Origin: Bacteroidota bacterium
GTDB taxonomy: Bacteria > Bacteroidota > Ignavibacteria > UBA10030 > UBA6906
Assembly (NCBI GenBank): GCA_040756745.1
Contig: JBFLYO010000007.1
Coordinates: 47,621-111,620 of the forward strand
Reading direction: 5' to 3'
DNA: 64,000 bases
The translations under genes and the position numbers were made by a program. Under the pieces are notes generated by a model, which worked only from the letters and a program-made list of their open reading frames with translations, did not search any database and had not been told where the DNA came from. Positions within the stretch are counted from its first letter, which is position 1. Each line of letters opens with the position of its first letter. This document shows positions 8,100-14,848 of the stretch, one piece after another.

Positions 8100-9650
8100 A
8101 TGCCACAGATGATACGATCACACCTGTTGATTCTCCTGCTGACCCTGCTTGCGACATCTATCATGCATGCTCAGATTACACGTCAGCAATGTTACCTGTG
8201 CCATGCAAACCCCGGCCTCAGCAAGACAATCACCCTTTCGACGGGATCTACCGAAACGATTCCGCTGTATGTAGACACCCTGAAGTTCAATGCGAGCCTC
8301 CACAGTGCTCTCTTGTGTGTCCAATGCCATACCGATATCACTCCTGCAAACTTGTACAACCATTCGGGGTCGAACTCGCTGCCCAAGAGCTACGGTGGCT
8401 GGGCCCGCTTTTCGGCCAAGAATGACACCGTTACTCCGGGGGGCGAGCGGACACGCAACTACTACACAGCAGCCTCCATGTCGTGCAACAAAAGCGGGTG
8501 CCATCCCCAGCAAGCTGCATTTGATTCCTCGACGCATCATGTTACGTGGCGACAAAAGCAGGCACACGTGCATACGGTGAACGGCGAATCGGTTGGCGAG
8601 GCGTATGTGTTCAATGACTGCAATCGCTGCCACACGTCTTGCGCGACGTGCCACTTCAAGTCAAATAAGGTTCAGAAGATCGGCGGCGATGTCCTCGCAA
8701 TATGGGACAGCCTACAGTTCTTTGGAGACGGGGGGTCACTCTCTCGCTCAGGAGGGTTCACCGAGTATGCAATGGACTGGACCGTGAACGTCGAATCCCA
8801 CACCTTCTATACAGGAGACAGCCTCAGGGCAACCAACGCGGTATGTCAATCCTGCCACCTCGGGTACTACAAACCACCGATGTACGGCTTCCTCTCCGAG
8901 GATCCACCATATCCGAAAGCATGGGGAAGCAACATCCGTCGGCATCCACAGACACAGGAGCTGACACTGAGCCAGCAACATTCGTCAAGAAAGTGCGCCC
9001 AATGCCACACGAATGTTCATGCGTATCCCGGCCGCCAGCACAACTGGCAGGAAGAGGGCGACGTCAAGTGCCAGACATGTCATACGATGACAAATCACTA
9101 TCCGCAGCACACAACGGTGGACTGCATCTCGTGCCACTTCACAGGGTTCGGAAGGTCAAAGGGACAAAATGCACATGACGTATGGCGATGGCCTGTCGCG
9201 AGTAACCGCGTACGTCCGCTTGTGATGAAGTACAACGAAGCAATCAACTGGTATCCACACACGATAGTCCGTCCCGACACCAATACCTCCTGTGCGGGCA
9301 AGTGTCATTACGAGGGGAACCTCATCGGGGCATCAACGATTACCAGCGTTCCAATCTCAAAAGAAGTGCCGGGTTCGTTTGCGCTGGAACAGAACTACCC
9401 GAACCCATTCAACCCGAATACGACCATCCGATTCGCCATTCCGACCAAAGAACTCGTGAGAATTGCGGTGTACGATGTACTCGGCAGATTCGTGACCACA
9501 CTGGTGAACGAAACGACGGAGCCCGGGACGTACAAGATTCTGTGGAATGGCATTGATCACGCCGGTATGCAGGTGTCGAGCGGAGTTTACTTCTACAGGA
9601 TTGAAGCAGGTACATTCAGTTCTTCCAGGAAGATGTTGCTGGTGAGGTAG
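8100..9650 (+). CDS. secreted multihaem c-type cytochrome with C-terminal T9SS sorting domain
   Basis: Start reassigned to MPQMIRSHLLILLLTLLATSIMHAQ (signal peptide, AAGGAG upstream). Eight CXXCH motifs (CYLCH, CVQCH, CNRCH, CATCH, CQSCH, CAQCH, CQTCH, CISCH) plus CNKSGCH and CAGKCH variants. The last ~85 aa (LEQNYPNPFNPNTTIRF..SGVYFYRIEAG..KMLLVR) match the Por secretion tail pattern. Confidence 0.85.
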   Translation: MPQMIRSHLLILLLTLLATSIMHAQITRQQCYLCHANPGLSKTITLSTGSTETIPLYVDTLKFNASLHSALLCVQCHTDITPANLYNHSGSNSLPKSYGGWARFSAKNDTVTPGGERTRNYYTAASMSCNKSGCHPQQAAFDSSTHHVTWRQKQAHVHTVNGESVGEAYVFNDCNRCHTSCATCHFKSNKVQKIGGDVLAIWDSLQFFGDGGSLSRSGGFTEYAMDWTVNVESHTFYTGDSLRATNAVCQSCHLGYYKPPMYGFLSEDPPYPKAWGSNIRRHPQTQELTLSQQHSSRKCAQCHTNVHAYPGRQHNWQEEGDVKCQTCHTMTNHYPQHTTVDCISCHFTGFGRSKGQNAHDVWRWPVASNRVRPLVMKYNEAINWYPHTIVRPDTNTSCAGKCHYEGNLIGASTITSVPISKEVPGSFALEQNYPNPFNPNTTIRFAIPTKELVRIAVYDVLGRFVTTLVNETTEPGTYKILWNGIDHAGMQVSSGVYFYRIEAGTFSSSRKMLLVR

Positions 9651-9695
9651 CGTCTCATGTCAGAGCGACCGGCCAGCAGGTCGCTCCCTTTCGGA

Positions 9696-9729
9696 CCCCG
9701 ATCCGATTCTTCGGATCGGGGTCTTTTGT
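9696..9729 (+). terminator. rho-independent terminator after the cytochrome gene
   Basis: CCCCGATCCGA-TTCT-TCGGATCGGGG followed by TCTTTTGTT. Confidence 0.75.
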
Positions 9730-9778
9730 TGGTGTTTCATTCTTGGTTCTTTTTATAGAGGTAGCACGACACAATCCT

Positions 9779-9798
9779 CCCGCCTGCCGGCGGGCAGG
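9779..9798. repeat. loop-less relative of the 50-nt hairpin repeat stem
   Basis: CCCGCCTGCCGGCGGGCAGG equals the stem arms of the 22643/42605 repeat without the CTCTCTGA loop. It is preceded by CACAATCC, the reverse complement of GGATTGTG. Confidence 0.4.
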
Positions 9799-9847
9799 CA
9801 AACAGATCCCAACGCCTTACATCGGAAGGCCGTGAGGAAACATTTCA

Positions 9848-9874
9848 CCTTCGCGTCCTTTGCGGTTATCTTCT
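9848..9874 (-). repeat. third GATAACCGCAAAGG unit (inverted relative to 5406-5432)
   Basis: Reverse complement AGAAGATAACCGCAAAGGACGCGAAGG versus AGAAGATAACCGCAAAGGCGCGAAGG at 5406. Confidence 0.6.
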
Positions 9875-9944
9875 CGCCGGAGTTGCTTGACCGCAACGAC
9901 GCAACGGATGCGCAAGCAGGTCCTACCCGAGAGCTTCTGATGAA

Positions 9945-9992
9945 GCACCAAATCACAAACCCCAAATTCCAAACAAATTCCAATAACCCAAG
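9945..9992 (+). repeat. A/C-rich arm (GCACCAAATCACAAA..) flanking the four-helix-bundle gene
   Basis: 36/43 identical to 10381-10423. Its CCAAACAAATTCCAAT is complementary to about 10478-10493. Confidence 0.6.
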
Positions 9993-10010
9993 AAGAGAAC
10001 GACGAAAATA

Positions 10011-10364
10011 CTAGGGATTGCCTTGTGATGCCTTGAGAATCGCACTGAAGATTTTCAAGAGCTCTTGTGACTCTTTGATCAACCCTTCCTGTTCAGAGCC
10101 CTGTCCGTCCCCCGGTGTAACCAGGCGCAGCCAGTAGCCGCTCTCTTTTACCTCTTTCCTGCTGATTCGTATTCTCATCAGGAAATCTCTTTTGCCAAGT
10201 GCTTCATTTGCCTCAATGTAATTGGCGCCAACAGAGCCGGAAGACCTGATGACCTGTCGACCATACTCACAATTCGAGAGATCCTTTGGAAGGCGCTTCA
10301 CAAAATCGCGCACAGCTCTTGCAAAGCGTTCGGTCCTCTCTTCAAGGTCGTACTGACCGGCCAC
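10011..10364 (-). CDS. four-helix-bundle protein (23S rRNA intervening-sequence protein / bAvd-like family)
   Basis: 117 aa, GTG start with AGGAG 6 nt upstream. ..SSGSVGANYIEANEALGKRDFLMRIRISRKEVKESGYWLRL.. fits the family pattern (ANIAEG-like motif, E..YWL). AT-richer than its surroundings. Confidence 0.75.
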   Translation of the reverse strand: MAGQYDLEERTERFARAVRDFVKRLPKDLSNCEYGRQVIRSSGSVGANYIEANEALGKRDFLMRIRISRKEVKESGYWLRLVTPGDGQGSEQEGLIKESQELLKIFSAILKASQGNP

Positions 10365-10380
10365 GATGACTCCTGAGATA

Positions 10381-10548
10381 GCACCAAATCACAAAACCCA
10401 AATCTCAAACAAGCACCAATTACCGAAATCTGAAATGCTCCAAACAGGCGGCCGTTTCCGTCATTTCGGTCTTGAGAATTGGAATTTGTTTGTGATTTGA
10501 TGCTTGGGATTTGGTGCTTGTTTGTGAATTGGTGCTTGAGATTTGGTC
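10381..10548 (+). repeat. palindromic A/C-rich element, copy E1
   Basis: Arms GCACCAAATCACAAAACCCAAATCTCAAACAAGCACCAAT.. and their complement surround a core CCGAAAT..AAACAGGCGGCCGTTT..ATTTCGG. It ends 5 nt from the comM stop. Confidence 0.7.
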
Positions 10549-10552
10549 ATTC

Positions 10553-12088
10553 CTACATGATGCTTCTATCGAGGCTCCTATACTGAATCGCCTCCCCGAT
10601 ATGTTCCGGCCTGATCTCCGGTGCTGCTGCAAGATCAGCAATGGTTCTCCCCACCTTGAGGATCCTGTCATACGCCCGGGCCGAGAGCCCGATCTTCGTG
10701 ATCGCCATCTTCAGCAGCTCCTCCCCCGCTCCATCCAGCCGACAAAACTGCCTGATCTCGCGCGTCTGCATGTCGGCATTGGCATACATCCCCTTCAGTC
10801 CGCGGAACCGCGCCGCCTGATGATCACGGGCATTCGCGACACGCTCGCGTATGATATCCGACTTTTCGCCGCTGTCATTGCTCGATAACTCCCGGTACCG
10901 CACGGCGGGAACCTCGATGTGAAGATCGATCCGGTCCAGAAGCGGACCGGAGATCTTCGTCATATACTTCTGAATAGCTGTCGCCTGGCAGGTGCATTCC
11001 TTCGTCGGATCAGTAAAGTAGCCGCAGGGGCAGGGGTTCATCGCGCAGACAAGCATGAAATTGGCAGGATACTCAACGGAGAGTTTCGATCGGCTGATCG
11101 TCACACGGCCGTCCTCGAGGGGCTGGCGCAGCACTTCAAGCACATTGCGGGCAAACTCGGGGAGCTCATCCAGAAACAACACCCCGTGGTGTGACAGCGA
11201 GATCTCCCCAGGCCGCGGCACACTCCCTCCCCCTACCAGCGCGGCATCTGAAATCGTGTGATGCGGAGACCGGAACGGGCGGGTCGCCACAAGAGCAGTG
11301 TCTGAGGCAAGAATCCCTGCTACCGAATGGATTTTCGTGGTCTCGAGGGCTTCTTCGAAGGTGAGCGGAGGAAGGATGGTGGGAAGCCGCTTGGCAAGCA
11401 TGGTCTTTCCGGAGCCCGGCGGCCCAATCATGATGATGTTGTGAGCACCGGCGGCAGCAACCTCCAGGGCTCGCTTGACCGCAAGCTGCCCCTTCACATC
11501 GGCGAAATCGGCCTGGTATTTCTGATCGTGTGCGAAGAGCTCCTTCACGTCGACCGAGAGCGGAGCAAGCCGGCGATGGTCTGCTTCCAGAAACTCCACC
11601 ACTTCCTTGAGCGACGACATGGGGTACACTGCCAGCCCCTGCACCATCGCCGCCTCCTTGCCGTTTTCGCGCGGCACAACCATCCCCCGGATTCCTCGCT
11701 TTCGGACCTCGAGGGCGATGGGGAGCGACCCGTGAATCGGCCGCAGCGTGCCGTCCAGGGCAAGCTCCCCAAGCAGCACGAACTCCTGCAAGGCCTCGTG
11801 CATCACCTGCCCGCTCGCCGCCAGGATCCCGACCGCCATCGGCAAGTCGAACGAAGAGCCTTCTTTCCTGATGTCAGCCGGAGCGAGATTCACCGTCAGC
11901 TTGCGGGTCGGAAATTCGTAGCTGCAGTTCCTCACCGCTGCAGTGATCCGCTCGCGGCTCTCGCGGACGGCGTTGTCGGGAAGGCCGACGATCGCAAACC
12001 CCGGGATCATCTTCTCGAGGTGCGTCTCCACCTCGACGATGTACGCATTAATCCCGTACGTCGCCCCGCTCAACACCTTCGAGAGCAT
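10553..12088 (-). CDS. comM: ComM/YifB Mg-chelatase-like AAA+ ATPase
   Basis: Start moved to [21 protein letters not shown]. Lon-like N-domain, Walker [15 protein letters not shown], and C-terminus ..[27 protein letters not shown] typical of YifB/ComM. Confidence 0.9.
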   Translation of the reverse strand: MLSKVLSGATYGINAYIVEVETHLEKMIPGFAIVGLPDNAVRESRERITAAVRNCSYEFPTRKLTVNLAPADIRKEGSSFDLPMAVGILAASGQVMHEALQEFVLLGELALDGTLRPIHGSLPIALEVRKRGIRGMVVPRENGKEAAMVQGLAVYPMSSLKEVVEFLEADHRRLAPLSVDVKELFAHDQKYQADFADVKGQLAVKRALEVAAAGAHNIIMIGPPGSGKTMLAKRLPTILPPLTFEEALETTKIHSVAGILASDTALVATRPFRSPHHTISDAALVGGGSVPRPGEISLSHHGVLFLDELPEFARNVLEVLRQPLEDGRVTISRSKLSVEYPANFMLVCAMNPCPCGYFTDPTKECTCQATAIQKYMTKISGPLLDRIDLHIEVPAVRYRELSSNDSGEKSDIIRERVANARDHQAARFRGLKGMYANADMQTREIRQFCRLDGAGEELLKMAITKIGLSARAYDRILKVGRTIADLAAAPEIRPEHIGEAIQYRSLDRSIM

Positions 12089-12287
12089 CGCCTCCCGCCG
12101 CTCGTGATCCAATTTTCCCCGAACAATAAAGCCGGGCCACACGGGCCATCAGCTCCGTCCCGCCTGTGGTGCGGAGACAACGCCCGTGCAGCACCGACCT
12201 CTCTCTTCACCGGTACCTCAACTATTGATACACATGGGATGGCGGATTTACGAAGCAAAAAGCCCCGGAGGAAGCTCGAAGAACGTA

Positions 12288-12412
12288 AGCACCAAATCTC
12301 AAACAAATCCCAATGATCCAAACCGAAATGACCGAAACGGCCTGCCGTTTGGAGCATTACAGATTCTGGTGATTGGTGCTTGTTTGAGATTTGGGATTTG
12401 TGATTTGGTGCT
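12288..12412 (-). repeat. palindromic A/C-rich element, copy E2 (inverted relative to E1)
   Basis: The reverse complement aligns with 10381-10505 at roughly 85% identity by eye, including the core ..CCAAAC.GC.GGCCGTTTC.GTCATTTCGGT. Confidence 0.7.
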
Positions 12413-12456
12413 TCCTCCCTGCCTTTATCGCGCGGAAGTACTGAGTGCGGAGCAGC

Positions 12457-13206
12457 TTAATGAGGATGGCGGTGCTTCAGGATGTGCGGCTTTTCGAGGC
12501 CGTGGGTGAGCATCAGGGGTTCATTGGAGAGAAGTTCAACGGTCGGGCCGGAGGCGATGACCGTGCCCTCATCCAGTACATACGTGCGCGAGCAGACCTC
12601 TACAATAAGCTCCAGGTCGTGAGAGGCGATAACCTTTGCCGCAGGCAGCCGGCGCAAGAGCTCGACAAGCTCTCTCCTCCCGCGCGGATCGAGATCGCCC
12701 GTTGGCTCGTCAAGAACAAGGATGCGTGAGCTGCAGGCAAGCAACCCGGCAAGACACACCCTCTGCTTTTCCCCGCCGCTCAGGTGATGGGGGGAACGGG
12801 ACTCAAAGCCTGCAAGCCCGACTGTCCCGAGAGCTTCGCGGACGACCTCTCGAAGCGCTTCTTCAGACAGGCCAAGCTGCTGCGGACCGAATGCGACGTC
12901 CTCGAAGACCGTGGGGCAGAACAACTGGTCGTCAGGATCCTGAAACAGGAGCCCCACGTCGCGGTGGATTTCATGGAGGTTTGTCGCATCTACCGGCTGG
13001 CCGAACACATACACTGCGGGCGTGGCCGGGTGCGTTTCGGGCAACAGCCCATTGAGATGAAGAAGCAGCGTGGACTTCCCCGCGCCGTTCGGGCCGACGA
13101 CGCCAACGCACTCCCCTTCCTCCACTTCAAGCGAAACGCCCTTCAGCGCCGACTTCCCGTCGGCGTACGCATACGACAGATCCCGCACCTCAAGAGCCCG
13201 GGTCAC
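12457..13206 (-). CDS. cbiO: ECF (cobalt/nickel-type) transporter ATPase
   Basis: GTG start (VTRALEVRDLSYAY) overlapping the cbiQ stop (GTGA). Contains GPNGAGKSTLL, LSGGEKQRV and LVLDEPT. The longer track ORF is an artefactual N-terminal extension across cbiQ. Confidence 0.85.
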   Translation of the reverse strand: MTRALEVRDLSYAYADGKSALKGVSLEVEEGECVGVVGPNGAGKSTLLLHLNGLLPETHPATPAVYVFGQPVDATNLHEIHRDVGLLFQDPDDQLFCPTVFEDVAFGPQQLGLSEEALREVVREALGTVGLAGFESRSPHHLSGGEKQRVCLAGLLACSSRILVLDEPTGDLDPRGRRELVELLRRLPAAKVIASHDLELIVEVCSRTYVLDEGTVIASGPTVELLSNEPLMLTHGLEKPHILKHRHPH

Positions 13207-13811
13207 CGCCACCCCCGCGCAGTCATTGCCGCGTAGACGCGTTCGGCCCGCTCGACCGAACGGACGAAGAGATGGCCGACGATCCCCGCAGTATGGCGCC
13301 AGGATCGCCGGCCGCGTATGAACATCCTGCTTCTTCGTGCACGGGCCATCCGCTCCGTCTGATCGATGAGCAGAAAAACGTACCGGTACATCAGCGACAG
13401 AATCGTAATGAGGAGGGAGGGCGCGTGAAGCCTGGAGAGCACATCGAGCATGCTGCTGAATCTGGTCGTGTTGGCCAGCAGGATCATGGTCGCCAGGCAG
13501 ATGTTGCTCTTCACGAGCACGCGGGCAGCCATGCTCCACCCTTCGGGTTGCGCGAGGGCAAACAACGCTCCGCCTACGATGAACGGCTGAAGCGTCAGCA
13601 ATCGCCTGAGCATGAATCCCGCCGGTATCCGGGCCATCGCAGCTACGACGCACATCGCCGCCACGAGTCCCCCATAAAACACCATCGGCCATTCCGGGAC
13701 GGCCACAGTAATCACGACGACAGCGAGTGCGCTCCCCATCTTCACCCCGGGGGCGATTCTGTGTATCGCCGAATCCCCCCTCGCATACCGATCAATAAAA
13801 TTGTGCTTCAC
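13203..13811 (-). CDS. cbiQ: ECF transporter transmembrane (T) component
   Basis: GTG start. Multi-TM protein with ..ERMARARRSR.. and ..AERVYAAMTARG.. , the CbiQ/EcfT signature region. Confidence 0.8.
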   Translation of the reverse strand: MKHNFIDRYARGDSAIHRIAPGVKMGSALAVVVITVAVPEWPMVFYGGLVAAMCVVAAMARIPAGFMLRRLLTLQPFIVGGALFALAQPEGWSMAARVLVKSNICLATMILLANTTRFSSMLDVLSRLHAPSLLITILSLMYRYVFLLIDQTERMARARRSRMFIRGRRSWRHTAGIVGHLFVRSVERAERVYAAMTARGWR

Positions 13812-13912
13812 TCTTCGCCTTCAACTCCTTATTCATCACTCTTAACTCCTTCACCTCTCTCCTCTCATCTCTCTTCTCTCTCATCTCTCTTCTCTCCTCC
13901 CTTCTCCTCCCC
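13812..13912. repeat. degenerate heptanucleotide tandem tract (CTCNNNN on plus, GA-rich on the coding strand)
   Basis: ctcttcg|ccttcaa|ctcctta|ttcatca|ctcttaa|ctccttc|acctctc|tcctctc|atctctc|ttctctc.. It fills the cbiM-cbiQ spacer and encodes the CbiM tail GEEKGGEKRDEREER. Confidence 0.6.
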
Positions 13913-14827
13913 CAGCGTCCTCGCCAACACATAGCCCACAACAAACATCAATGCCGTACCCACCACCCCCGCCGCCGCTGTCGCCGCTACGGGTGAGTCC
14001 AGGCCCGGAATCATGTACCCCGCCATGGGCGCAGCGCCGTAATGTTCAGCCCGATCGAGGATGCCGAGTTGCATAACGACGGACTCAAGTCCGTCGGGCA
14101 TGGGTGAAGAGAACGGGGCCACGAACAGCACGAGACACAGCGTGACAACTCCCCCGGCCAACACAAAGAACCCCATCCCCTCCCCCGTCGCTTCACCTGT
14201 CGCCGGCCCGGCCAGGTCCGGACGAGTGCGCATGATGACCGACAGAACCAACAGCGTGATCACCCCTTCGGCGCCGCCAATCAGCAAATGGACGTTCACC
14301 ATCGCTGTCACTCCCACGTCCCATGGAATCGTCCCCGACCAGGCGAGTTCCCCCGCACAGAAAAGCGCACTGAGGATCGTCGCACTCCAACCCCCCATCG
14401 CCGCGGCGACCAGTCGTCCCCTCTCTCCTGGCAGCAGCCTGCACAGGAGACGATACACGGCGTACCCACCCAGGGGGCCCGCGATGCCGATGTTCAGGAT
14501 GTTCGCCCCCAGTGCGAGCAGCCCCCCATCGGCAAACAGAAAGCACTGAACGAGCAAGACCGCAGTGAGAACGGCAATCGCTGCAGCCGGTCCCAGGAGG
14601 ACGGCCGCCAGCATCCCGCCAGTGAGATGTCCGGACGTGCCCCCCACGACGGGGAAGTTGACCATCTGGGCGGCAAAGACAAATGCAGCCGCGAGTCCGA
14701 TCAGCGGGACTCGCCGACGCGGGAGGGAGCGCTTCAGCGTGCGGAGCGAAACGCCGACGGCAACAGCCGAGAGTGCCGCAGTCGTCACAGCGGTCTTGGT
14801 ATCGAGAAAGCCGTCGGGGATATGCAT
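13865..14827 (-). CDS. cbiM: ECF substrate-capture component CbiM/NikM fused to a PDGLE domain
   Basis: Contains the N-terminal MHIPDGFL motif, 6-7 TM segments, then ..FSSPMPDGLESV.. (literal PDGLE) and a final TM. Confidence 0.8.
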   Translation of the reverse strand: MHIPDGFLDTKTAVTTAALSAVAVGVSLRTLKRSLPRRRVPLIGLAAAFVFAAQMVNFPVVGGTSGHLTGGMLAAVLLGPAAAIAVLTAVLLVQCFLFADGGLLALGANILNIGIAGPLGGYAVYRLLCRLLPGERGRLVAAAMGGWSATILSALFCAGELAWSGTIPWDVGVTAMVNVHLLIGGAEGVITLLVLSVIMRTRPDLAGPATGEATGEGMGFFVLAGGVVTLCLVLFVAPFSSPMPDGLESVVMQLGILDRAEHYGAAPMAGYMIPGLDSPVAATAAAGVVGTALMFVVGYVLARTLGEEKGGEKRDEREER

Positions 14828-14848
14828 GATAAAGAAACGTGCGGACTT

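Larger units (their letters stand above)
5604..10670. mobile_element. putative decayed genomic island at the comM 3' end (no integrase seen)
   Basis: Bounded by the direct comM repeats. Hand-counted 60-nt lines give about 43-55% G+C inside versus about 63% outside. The cargo is accessory-type. Confidence 0.35.

Noticed and set aside
9753-10014. Short ORFs 9753-9983 (-) and 9832-10014 (+), and likewise 10420-10671 (-) and 12186-12509 (+)
   Set aside because: They are translations of the A/C-rich and GATAACCGCAAAGG repeat elements (products such as HQITNPKFQTNSNNP). They overlap one another on both strands.
5604-10670. Integrase, transposase, recombinase or tRNA att site expected for an island
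   Set aside because: None of the six-frame ORFs in this interval shows tyrosine/serine recombinase or DDE motifs. The island call therefore rests only on the duplicated comM segment and composition, and is kept at low confidence.
13207-13692. N-terminal 162 codons of the 411-aa track ORF for cbiO
   Set aside because: This part overlaps cbiQ in another frame and is Arg/Pro-rich. The ATPase homology begins at VTRALEVRDL, with a GTG that overlaps the cbiQ stop.
14828-14848. Cobalamin riboswitch or NikR box upstream of cbiM
   Set aside because: Only 21 nt separate cbiM from the kinase gene. No B12-box-like sequence was seen there or in the kinase 3' end by eye.
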